The position numbers and the translations under genes are program-made. A stretch of DNA of 63,765 nt, counting the filler, from Pirum gemmata (taxonomy: Eukaryota), in NCBI GenBank assembly GCA_002812295.1. It is 29 parts of 29 records of this genome, joined end to end, with 100 filler letters (N's around TTAATTAATTAA, not from the genome) between each part and the next. Parts side by side here need not be neighbours in the genome. Positions count along the whole stretch, not along the records: positions 51,707 to 53,721 come from PDIN01009268.1; positions 53,822 to 55,796 come from PDIN01009269.1; positions 55,897 to 57,842 come from PDIN01009270.1; positions 57,943 to 59,905 come from PDIN01009271.1; positions 60,006 to 61,982 come from PDIN01009272.1; positions 62,083 to 63,765 come from PDIN01009290.1; 23 more parts are not named here. One strand, written 5' to 3'. Position 1 is the stretch's first letter; every line of letters starts with the position of its first letter. Positions 52,292-63,765 of the stretch are shown piece by piece. The notes under the pieces are model-generated. The model had not been told where the DNA came from and did not search any database. It worked only from the letters and a program-made list of their open reading frames with translations.

Positions 52292-53664
52292 NNNNNNNNN
52301 NNNNNNNNNNNNNNNNNNNNNNNNNNNNNNNNNNNNNNNNNNNNNNNNNNNNNNNNNNNNNNNNNNNNNNNNNNNNNNNNNNNNNNNNNNNNNNNNNNNN
52401 NNNNNNNTTTTTTTTTTTTTTTTTAAAAAACTTTTTTTTTTTTATACCTTTTTTTTTTTTTTTTGGTTATTGACAGACTCGAAATTGTTTCTACATTAAT
52501 TAATTAAATTCGAGATTTTTTAATTACTAACTATGTTTGAAAATCTTTTTAAAAAATCTTTTTTTTTAAAAAATTATTGCTTCGATCAATATAATTATAT
52601 TTTTTAAAAAATATGTTCATTTTTAATAAGTTTGGTAAAAAAATAACCATATTCGGTTATTTAAATTATTTCGGTTGTAATAACCATATTTGGTATTATT
52701 TTTTCCCAAAATAAGAATATTATGGATCATATTTTGAAATAGGGTTAGGGGCTGTTAGACTGTTAGTAGGGTTAGGCCTGTTAGGGTGTCAATAGAGACC
52801 TTAGGGTGGTTAGAGTTAGGGTTAGGATTAGGGTTAGGGTTAGGATTAGGGTGTGGTTAGGGTTAGGGTTAGGGTTAGGGTAGGGTCTAGCTAGTAGGGG
52901 TTACAGTTAGGGTTAGGGTTAAGTTTTGATTCGTTGAAATATACAACTGAAAGAACAGAGCCCTCGTAACAGAGCCTATAAAAGACTAGTAAAAGACTTG
53001 TGGGTATTTCCAAATTCCTATCGAATTTCGAGAATTCAAACCGATTCGTTTGACATTCTACCAAAAAACCTCGAATGAACAGGAATTTTGTAACTCTGAC
53101 AATTCCTACCCTAACCCCAAACTAGTCCCAAACTCCTGACTTCTAATCCTAACTAACTCTAACCCTAGCCCTAACCCCAACCCCTAATATGAATGCATAG
53201 GACCCTAACCTGACGTCACTATTTAAATACTACTTTTTCTAGATTTCCATTTCAATGCCTATATTTCAATCTGAAAGCGTAGAATGTTCATCTTATAAGT
53301 CAGATGTTGCAGACTTGCAGTGTTTTCGATGACATCATTAATATTTCCTTTAGAAGGTGTTCGAAAATCGGATCGTTTCGTGAAAAATATAGGGCAGTCG
53401 AATAAAGGCTCCAATTCGAAACACATATCGTAGCTCTAAATAAACACACCAATAAAATCTTAGTATTTTCTATTACAGTATCTTTCCTCTTTTTTTGGCT
53501 TCATTAATTGGTTATCAAAAATAAACATTTTTAATTCGCTTTTAAGTAAAATAGAATTTTTCTATTGGTTATTTTTGAAGCTAGTATGATCAGATAGATT
53601 CTATAGTAGTAGTAGTAACTAGTAGTAACTGTAGTGAGTGTAGTAGTAATAGTAATAGTAGACC

Positions 53665-53703
<39 letters not shown>

Positions 53704-53963
53704 AAGTAGTAGTAGTAGTAGNNNNNNNNNNNNNNNNNNNNNNNNNNNNNNNNNNNNNNNNNNNNTTAATTAATTAANNNNNNNNNNNNNNNNNNNNNNN
53801 NNNNNNNNNNNNNNNNNNNNNACCCTAACCCTAACCCTAACCCTAACCTAACCCTGACCCTAACCCTAACCCTAACCTTAACCTTAACCCTAACCTTAAC
53901 CTTAACCGTAACCTTAACCTTAACCCTAACCCTACCTCTTTGACTTGTTTTATTTTATTGTAG

Positions 53964-55356
53964 ATTTGGTTTCATCGTCATTGTTTGGTTAAATACTTAA
54001 ATGATCCTTCCCAAGAATTAGAATTTACCGATGATATGTTGACTATAGATAGTAAGAATTACCATGCCTGGACCCATCGGTAATAAAATCATAAAGTGGT
54101 TAAGGTTAAGGTTATGGTCATGGTTAAGGTTAAGGTTAAGGTTAAGGTTAAGGTTAAGGTTAACGTAATCGTTATGTTTATGGTCATGGTTAAGGCTAGG
54201 GTGAAGGTCATGGTTATGGTCATGGTTAAGGTTAAGGGCAAGGTAAAGGTCAAGGTCATGGTTAAGGTTAAGATTAACGTTATGGTCATGGTCATGGTCA
54301 TGGTCATGGTCATTGTTAAGGTTAATGTTAAGGGTAGTAAGGGCATGGTTAAGGTTAAGATTAAGGTTTGGGTTAAGGTCATGGTAAAGGATAAGGTTAA
54401 GGTTAAGGTTAAGGTTAAGGTTATGGTTATGGTTATGGTTAAGGTTAAGGTTAAGGTTAAGGTTAAGGTTAAGGTTAAGGTTAAGGTTAAGGTTATGGTT
54501 ATGGTTATGGTTATGGTTATAGGTTATGGCTATGATTATGGTTATGGTTATGGTTATGGTTATGATTATGATTATGATTATGATTATGATTAGTTATGGT
54601 TAAGTTTAAGGTTATGGTTAAGTTTAAGGTTATGGTTATTGTTATGGACATGGGTAAGGTTAAGATTAAGGTTAAGGTCATGATCATGGTCATGGTTAAG
54701 GTTAAAATTAAGGTTAAGGTTAAGGTTATAGATAAGGTTAAGGTTAAAGTCATGGTTAAGGCCAAGGTTAAGGTTAAGGTTAAGGTCATGGTCAAGGTTA
54801 AGGTTAAGATTAAGGTTAAGGTTAAGGGTAAGGGTAAGGTTAAGGGCAAGGCTATGGTTATGGTTATGGTTAAGGACATAGTTTAAGGTTAAGGTTAAGG
54901 TTGAGATTATAGTTATGGCTAAAGTGAAAGTGAGAGGAAGTTTAACTTTTAAACATGTTATTCTAACCTTTTTTATATTTAAAAATGGGTAATTTAAGGG
55001 GATGGGGCTAGTTTTTAAATTTATTTTTCTTATTCTAACTTTTTTTATATGTAGTAATAGTAGTAGTAATAGTAGTAGTAATAGTACTAGTAATAGTAGT
55101 AGTAATAGTAGTATTAATAGTAGTAGTGATAGTAGTAATAGTGATAGTAATAGTAGTAGAAGTAGTGGTAGTAGTGGTGGTTTAAATTTGTTTTTCTTTT
55201 TTTATATGTAGTAATAGTAATAGTAATAGTAGTAATAGTAGTAGTAATAGTAGTAGTAATAGCAGTAGTAAAAGTAATAGTGATAGCAATAGTAGTAGAA
55301 GTATAGTAGTAGTAGTGGTGGTAGTGGTGGTGGTGGTGGTGGTGGTGGTAGCAGTG

Positions 55357-55414
<58 letters not shown>

Positions 55415-55687
55415 ACAATGGGTAATTTAAGGGAGAATTTTTAAATTTTTAAATTTATTTTCTTATTCTAACCTTTTTATATGTAGGTATTGGGTAATTT
55501 AAAGGGAGGAGTTTTAAAATTTTAAATTTGTTTTCTTATTCTAACCTTTTTATATGTAGGCAATGGGTAATTAAAGAGTTTGGTTTATTCGATGGTGAGT
55601 TAGCGTATACGGACAGAATGTTAGAGGCTGACATAAGGAATAATTCTGCTTGGAACCAACGCAATTTTGTCATTAAAAGTACAACTG
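53964..55687 (+). CDS. FNTA: Protein farnesyltransferase/geranylgeranyltransferase-I alpha subunit, two exons
   Basis: Exons 53964-54079 ([39 protein letters not shown]) and 55560-55687 ([42 protein letters not shown]). PPTA motifs KNYHAWxHR and RNNSAWNQR. Absent from the ORF track. Confidence 0.95.
54097..54920 (+). repeat. Intronic degenerate hexamer array (GGTTAA/GGTCAT/GGTTAT)
   Basis: About 800 nt of hexamer variants inside the FNTA intron. Confidence 0.9.
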
Positions 55688-55753
55688 GTAAGTAAATATT
55701 GAAAATTAATTGAAGAATATTTTATTTTATGTTATTTGTTTTGTTTTGTCTGT

Positions 55754-55796
<43 letters not shown>

Positions 55797-56070
55797 NNNN
55801 NNNNNNNNNNNNNNNNNNNNNNNNNNNNNNNNNNNNNNNNTTAATTAATTAANNNNNNNNNNNNNNNNNNNNNNNNNNNNNNNNNNNNNNNNNNNNTTTT
55901 TATGTTGCGCTTTGTTGTGGTGAACTGGTGTTTGTTATAGTTGTGTGTTGTTGTATGTTGTTGTTGTTATGTTGTCGTTGTAATGTTGTTGCTGTTGTAT
56001 AATATGATGTTGTTGTATGTTATTATTATTGTATGCTGTTGTTATTGTATGTTGTTGTTGTTGTTGTTGC

Positions 56071-56104
<34 letters not shown>

Positions 56105-56195
56105 GCTGTTGTTGCTGTTGTTGTTGCTGTCAATGTTATTGTTGTTGTTGTCAATGTTGTTGTTGTTGTTGTTGTTGTATTTTGTATTTTGTTGN

Positions 56196-56254
<59 letters not shown>

Positions 56255-56346
56255 TTTTTGGTTTTTTTTTTTTTTTTTGGTTTTTTTTTTTTGGTTTTTT
56301 TTGTTGTGCTTACCATTTGTAGTCTCTGCTTAGTAGTAGTATTAGC

Positions 56347-57267
56347 TATCCTTTTCATTTTATTTGGTAAATTAAAATTCAAAATTGGCAACTTATAGCA
56401 TTACAAATTAACTTTATATATATACCAAATTATCAAAATTGTGTCTATTTGGTACTATGTAATAATAATTTGGTAAAATTAATTAGCTCAAAAATAAAAA
56501 AATAGTTGATGATGTGTGATTTTGACTTTGTTTTTCCATTGTTTTCTGGAAAATGCCACGTAGACCGGTCTAGCTAGAGGCTCTAGCTAGCCCGTAGAGG
56601 GGTCTAGCTAGTAGTCTAGCTAGTCTCAGATATTTCCATAATAAGATATTATTTCCAAAAAAAACCAAAAAGATCTTTTAAACTATATATGGCTTCTTCA
56701 CATATTAAAAAGGTAACAGGCAGGTTAGCATTTCCATATATTACTGTGTGGGTTTTTTCGTAAATTGTCTAGCTAGTCTAGCTAGCTAGTCCTACACACA
56801 GTTGTAGACTAGCTAGTAGACTAGCTAGACTAGCTAGACTAGCACAGTTGTCTAGCTAGCTAGCTAGTAGTAGGCACAGTTGTACATCTGACAGTTGTAC
56901 AACATTTTATCCTTTTCATTTTTATTTGGTAAATTAAAATTAAAAATTGGCAACTTATAGTATTACAAATTAACTTTATATATATACCAAATTATCAAAA
57001 TTGTGTCTATTTGGTACTATGTAATAATAATTTGGTAAAATTAATTAGCTCAAAAATAAAAAAATAGTTGATGATGTGTGATATTGACTTTGTTTTTCCA
57101 TTGTTTTCTGGAAAATGCCACGTAGACCGGTCTAGCTAGAGGCTCTAGCTAGCCCGTAGAGGGGTCTAGCTAGTAGTCTAGCTAGTCTCAGATATTTCCA
57201 TAATAAGATATTATTTCCAAAAAAAACCAAAAAGATCTTTTAAACTATATATGGCTTCTTCACATTA
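56347..57267 (+). repeat. Near-identical direct duplication of about 360 bp
   Basis: ~56347-56707 is repeated at ~56908-57267 with few substitutions. Confidence 0.9.
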
Positions 57268-58221
57268 TAACAATCTCTCAAAAACAATTGTATAGTATGT
57301 ATACTGTCATGAAGGAAGAACTTTCGTTATTATAAACCATTAAAGAATTAATTTGATCATGTTCACCCACAAAGAAGTTTTTAAAACATCACTTACTTCA
57401 CGTTTAATGATTGCAACTTCTTTTTCGAAATTGATTAATTAGTGAGAAAATTTAAAGTATTATTAGTACATCAATAAATCACTACTTTGACCATTAGTCT
57501 CAGGGGGATCAGACCAAGGAAATTTTTTTGTATTACAAGCGTTTTTCATATTTCACATGGAAATCCAATTTTTCACCGGTATTAATATGTGTTGTTTCGT
57601 ACAAGTCGCTGTTTTATTAAAGGTGATCCACTGTTTGAAAACACTTTTTATACCTATCCTCGGTTTTTCCCGAGTTTGTTTTACTATATTGTCATATAAT
57701 GATCCTCTTACGATATTAGAAAAGGAAAAATACAATAATTTTTGATTAATTTTACTTTATAACCTGGCCATTTTCCTTTCTATTTACCGAGACACATAAT
57801 GTTTGTAATTTCCGTACCGTAATAATAATAATAATATTAATANNNNNNNNNNNNNNNNNNNNNNNNNNNNNNNNNNNNNNNNNNNNTTAATTAATTAANN
57901 NNNNNNNNNNNNNNNNNNNNNNNNNNNNNNNNNNNNNNNNNNTTGTTATTGTTATTGTTATTGTTATTGTTTATTGTTTTTATTGTTTATTGTTTATTGT
58001 TTATTGTTTGTTTACATATTGAGTAGTAGTAATAGTAGAAATAAAAGAAAAAGACAAATTATATGGGTTTCTGTTATTCGTTAATTAACTATCCTCAATC
58101 GATAAACATTTAGACCAAGAGTTTTGGTGTTATAATAATCTTTCAGGAAAATTAAGGAAAATAGGATTTAATTAATAGTAATAACGATACGTAAAACTGA
58201 GATACGTAATAAAATATCTTT

Positions 58222-58950
58222 TTTGTTCGATTCGAGAAGATTCGCTATTAATTTTTTTGTTTGAATGTTCGATTCGCTACAATGCTGATTGAGCTCGAAA
58301 AAAAAAACACGTTTTTATAATTTTCCCTGATTCGATTCGAAAGGTTCGAAAGGATTCACTATTAAAATCGATTCGAAAGGATTCGCTATTAAATTTTTTG
58401 TGGTTACATGTTCGATTCGCTACAATGCTGATTGAGCTCGAAAAAAAAAAACAAGTTTTTAAAATTTTTCCTGATTCGATTCGAAAGGATTCGCTATTAA
58501 ATGTTTTGTTTGCATGTTCAATTCGCTACAATCTTGATAGGGCTCGAAAAAAAAATTATGTTTTTATAATTTTCCCTAATTCGATTCGAAAGATTCGAAA
58601 GGATTCACTATTAAATTTTTTGCTTGCATGTTCAATTCGCTACAATCCTGATTGAGCTCGAAAAAAAAAAAACAAGTTTTTATAATTTTCCCTGATTCGA
58701 TTCGAAAGGTTCGAAAGGATTCACTATAATTTTCCCTGAATCGATTCGAAAGGATTCGCTATGAATTTTTTTGTGGTTACATGTTCGATTCGCTACAATG
58801 CTGATTGAGCTCGAAAAAAAAAAAAATGTTTTTATACTTTTCCCTGATTCGATTCGATAGGATTCGCTTTTAATTTTTTTGTTTGCATCTTCGAATCGAT
58901 ACAATGCTGATTGAGCTCGAAAAAAAAAAAACAATAATTTTCCCATTTTT
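58222..58950 (+). repeat. Tandem satellite, ~105-150-bp unit rich in GATTCG/TTCGAA
   Basis: About 6 units of GATTCGATTCGAAAGGATTCGCTATT..CATGTTCGATTCGCTACAATGCTGATTGAGCTCG(A)n..ATAATTTTCCCT. Confidence 0.92.
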
Positions 58951-60595
58951 CCACACAATTAATTTAGGGTTACAATTTCGAAGTTGGAGTATTCCAGAAC
59001 AGATTCAGAATACACAAGACTACCCTACCCCACATATTATTGACCACTAACCTAACTCCCAACCCAACTCTAACCCCACCCCCATCCCCAACCTTAATCC
59101 TAACCTAACCCTTAACCTTAACCAAACCCTTAACCAAACCCTTAGTATTTTAGAGTTAGTTCGGATTTCCGATACACATACCCCAACTGTAACCCTTAAC
59201 CTTTGAACCTTAACCCTTAATGAATCATGACCCTTAACCCTTAACCCTTGACCCTTGACCCTTGACCCTTGACCCTTGACCCTTGACCCTTGACCCTTGA
59301 CCCCTTCAGAGCCACTAAAGGAAAAAAACAATAATACTACATCATATACTTTAAGTCATTTTACGTCATTCTTAAATGACGTTTACAAAAACAAAACTTA
59401 CGTCATAGTTCAGCCAAATTATACCAATTGTGGCTCTACCCTTGACCCTTGACCCTAACCCTTGACCCTTGACCCTTGACCCTTGACCCTTGACCCTTGA
59501 CCTGAAACTTGACCCTTGACCTGAAACTTGACCCTTGACCCTTGACTTAACCCTTGTCCCTAACCCTTTTTATATAGCTGCAAATATTAACAGCTAATAT
59601 GACGTCATATTCGTATTTGTGACGTTATATATATATATATATATATATCAACTGGTATACGATGGAAAATCACGAACAAAAAAGGGGTGTTCTAAAGCTT
59701 TTGCGCAAGTGAGCCTTTCCGCCGGATGGTACGTCAGCATTTTTTCTAAAGGAGGTATGGAACGGAAGGTTAGGGTTAGAGGTAGGGGTAGGGTTAAGGG
59801 GTAGGGGAGGTCGTTGGTCGTTAGCACTTAGTGGGAAGGTGGAAGTTGGAAGGTGGTAGGCGGTAGGCGGTCGGTGGTTGGTGGTTGGTGGTTGGTGGTT
59901 GGTGGNNNNNNNNNNNNNNNNNNNNNNNNNNNNNNNNNNNNNNNNNNNNTTAATTAATTAANNNNNNNNNNNNNNNNNNNNNNNNNNNNNNNNNNNNNNN
60001 NNNNNTAATAATAATAATAATTAAATGACAATGTGCATTGTGCACCTCTTGAGCAACGCCGTGAGGCTAACTAGCTAGTAATTATGTCGTCAATGAACTA
60101 TTTATTAGCTATTTAAATTTATTATATATAAAGCAATTAAATGAGACTTAAGTAACGATGGCCCTAACTAATATAGAGATTTTCTCTCTTTCTTTTCACA
60201 TTCGTAATTAGCAGATAATGATAAGATAAGAATTCGAATATAAATAATTCTGGACTCTGCTTTTTAGGGTTAGGGTCAGTCAATAATATATAATAAAGTA
60301 GTTACATCGTTACTTAAGTTTCTTTCACTTGCTTTATATACAATAACTACCTAATAAGCAGTCCATTGACGACAATTATATGAAACTAGCATAGACAACA
60401 AAAAAGCGCTGGGGACGCCGCCATGAAACTGATGATTAAACGAAACTAGCAAAGACAACAACAAGCTTAAGGCATGGATAACCATTTCCTGTGTTCAGGA
60501 AAACACATGGACCTGTGATGGATGACATTGTACTGTCGTGTTGAGGTTAACAAATTAGCGACACTGGCAAATATAACAACATATAGTGTTATTAA

Positions 60596-60673
<78 letters not shown>

Positions 60674-60708
60674 CATACTACTACTACTACAACTACAACT
60701 ACTACTAT

Positions 60709-60782
<74 letters not shown>

Positions 60783-60921
60783 TTACTACTACTACTACTA
60801 CTACTACTACTACATTGCTACTCCTACTGCTACTGCTACTGCTACTGCTTCTACTGCTACTGCTACTACTACCATACTACCATACTACTACTACTATTAC
60901 TATTACTACTACTACTACTAT

Positions 60922-60953
<32 letters not shown>

Positions 60954-61071
60954 TAGTACTTGACAGTAATATTAATAACAGTGATAAATGTTGCTGCTAC
61001 TGTACATGTTGGTTGTAGTTGTATATAGTTTCTGTAAGGACGATAATATGATACATATAGTGCATATGCTA

Positions 61072-61234
61072 GCGCATTTCAGTTGCTTTGTTATCATAAT
61101 TATGTATAAAATATAAAATAAAGAGTACCAAATTAATACAATATATATACATTTTTTCTAATTTGGTATTTTATATTTTCTATTTATTAATTTAAAAATG
61201 TCAATTTAAAAGGTTATAACCCACCAAATAAATG
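61072..61234 (-). mobile_element. Diverged MITE family A copy
   Basis: GCATTTCAGTTGCTTTGTTATCA...GTACCAAATTAATACAATATA...CCAAATAAAT. Confidence 0.7.
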
Positions 61235-61610
61235 TAGTTAGTTATAGTTGTTGTAAGGACTATAGCTATCATTAGCATTATAATTATCATTATAATTATC
61301 ATTTACCATTTACCATTTATCATTATCATTATCATTATTATTATCAACATTAACATTACAAACATTATGTATCAATTATTATTATCATTACCATTACCAT
61401 TACCATTATCATTCTTTATGTACCATTACCATAACTGTTTATCATTTACCTTTATCATTGTCATTATCATAATCATTATTTCTTAATAACAATATTAAAA
61501 AGACAAAAAAAAAAAAACTAATATCATTACCCAAACCCTAATCCTAACCCTAACCCTAAGTCCTAACCCTGCCCTAACCCTAACCCTAACCCCAAATCAT
61601 ATAGCTAACC

Positions 61611-61651
<41 letters not shown>

Positions 61652-62381
61652 ACCCTAAACCTAACCCTAACCCTAACCCTAACCCTAATTATAACCCAAA
61701 TATATTATACAATCAATTAAGCATTACTTTTATCTAATTTCGGAATTCAATGATCTTATCTTGATATAGATTCGTGGCGTTTGACCCTAACCCTAACCCT
61801 AACCCCAACCCCAACCCTAACCCTAAATCCTAAACCCTAACCCCTAACCCCACACTATTATTACTATACAAGCAATTAAGCATAACTTTCATCTAATTTT
61901 TGAAATGATCGTATGCTGATATAGGTTCGTAGAGTTTAGGTTGTTCGGTCCCTAATCCTAACCCTAACCCTAACCCTAACCCNNNNNNNNNNNNNNNNNN
62001 NNNNNNNNNNNNNNNNNNNNNNNNNNTTAATTAATTAANNNNNNNNNNNNNNNNNNNNNNNNNNNNNNNNNNNNNNNNNNNNCGACCACTATTCCTATTC
62101 TGATTGTTTACAATTAACTGCAATGTATAACCAAAAAAACAAAATATAAAACCACAAGCAAAACAAAAACAAAAAAAAAACAAAAACAAAAAAACAAAAA
62201 CAAAAACAAAAACAAAGAACCCAAAAAAAACCAAAACCAAAACCAAAAACAAAACCAAAAACAAAACCAAAAACAAAGTTGAACCCCAAACGAAAACTTA
62301 TAGGAGCAAGCACAAAAATAACACTACAAACAGATATGATGAAGAATTTATGAATTAACAAAAATTGTTATATTTATTTAG

Positions 62382-62512
62382 GATGTAATTTTGTACCTTT
62401 TCGTACCAGCATTGGTTTTCGAATCTGCTTATGCCATTAATCATCACGTATTTAAAAAAGTTGCAATACAATCCATAAGCTTAGCTTCTATTGGGGTTGC
62501 TATTAATATAGG
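62382..62512 (+). CDS. Na+/H+ exchanger (CPA1; SOS1/SLC9C-like) transmembrane exon
   Basis: tttag|DVILYLFVPALVFESAYAINHHVFKKVAIQSISLASIGVAINI|gtaaat; FxPALxFESA motif. Absent from the ORF track. Confidence 0.85.
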
Positions 62513-62634
62513 GTAAATTATTGATTGTTATCATTACCTATCTTTTATTTTATTTTTATTTTTATTTTTATTTTTATTTTTATTTTCATTATTTTCGCTA
62601 TTGTCGTTGTAATTGTGTTATTATTATTATCATC

Positions 62635-62672
<38 letters not shown>

Positions 62673-63765
62673 TATTATTATTATTGATTTTGTTATTGTT
62701 ATTGTTACTATAATAATAATAATAATTAATAGTTATTGTTATTGTTATTGTTATTGCTATTGTTATTGTTATTGTTATTAGTATTGGTATGTTAAGTGTT
62801 ATTGTTATTGTTATGGTTATGGTCATAGTTTGCTATTGCTATTGCTATTGTTATTGTTATTGTTATTGTTATTGTTATTGTTATTGTTATTGTTATTGTT
62901 ATTGTTATTGTTATTGTTATTGTGATTATTATTATTATTATTATTGTTGTTATTGTTATTGTTATTGTTATTGGGTTAGGGTTAGGGTTAGGGTTAGGGT
63001 TAGGTCTATTGGGGTTTAATATAGGGTAAAATTGTTCATTGTTATTATTATCTATTTTTTATTTTCTTTTTATTTTTTATTTTTATTTTTATTTATATTT
63101 TTATTATTTTTGCTATTGTTGTTATAATTTTTTTATTATTATTGTCACCGTTATTGTTATTATTATTACTATTATTGATATTGTTATTGTTATTTTTATT
63201 GTTACTATAATAATAACAATTATTGATATTGTCATTTTTATTGTTACTGTTACTGTTATTGTTATTGTTATTGTTATTGTTATTGTTATTGTTATTGTTA
63301 TTGTTATTGTTATTGTTATTGTTATTGTTATTGTTATTGTTATTGTTATTGTTATTGTTATTGTTATTGTTATTGTTATTGTTATTATTATTGTTATTGT
63401 TTTTGTTATGGTTAATGTGATTGTCATTGTCATTAATATTTTTAGTGTTATTGTTATTGTTATGGATATGGTTAGAGTTTATTATTATTATTATTGTTGT
63501 TATTATTATTATTATTACTATTGTTATTGTTATTATTATTATTATTGTTATTGTTATTGTTATTGTTATTGTTATTGTTATTGTGTTAATATTTTTATTA
63601 TTGTATAATTATAATAATTATTATTATTATTATTATTATTGTTATTGTTATTGTTATTGTTATTGTTTTTCTTATTGATATTGTTATTGTTATTTTTATT
63701 CTTACTATAATAATAACTATTGATTTTGTCATTTTTATTGTTACTGTTATTGTTATTGTTATTGT

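Noticed and set aside
58222..58950. tRNA/SINE array suggested by GTTCGA box-B-like words
   Set aside because: No box A or cloverleaf; the words are part of an internal GATTC sub-repeat.

Overview
AT-rich, intron-containing eukaryotic draft-genome DNA, not one continuous locus. It is 29 short contigs (mostly about 2 kb) joined by 28 identical artificial 100-nt linkers (44 N + TTAATTAATTAA + 44 N), so neighbourhood across a linker means nothing. Most ORF-track entries are microsatellite translations. Reading exons by hand gives these genes or fragments: a tandem PPR protein, a ferric reductase/NOX-family flavocytochrome, FNTA (prenyltransferase alpha), a multicopper oxidase, a DUF1769-like protein, a SOS1/SLC9C-like Na+/H+ exchanger, an AT-hook nuclear protein, a small secreted Cys-rich protein, and several low-complexity or repeat proteins. 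Non-coding DNA contains at least five dispersed short repeat families (three with visible TIRs), interstitial TTAGGG-type arrays and TAGC/CTAG-palindrome tracts. The most unusual signals are: splice junctions copied in tandem into introns of four unrelated genes, short TAG/CTA palindromic insertions interrupting repeat copies, a possible antimicrobial-peptide precursor, a very homogeneous PPR array, and an unrecognised IQVLGKHEVVIDF protein repeat. I see no convincing multi-gene novel system. Organism is not identified; a unicellular eukaryote, possibly an animal relative, is inference only.
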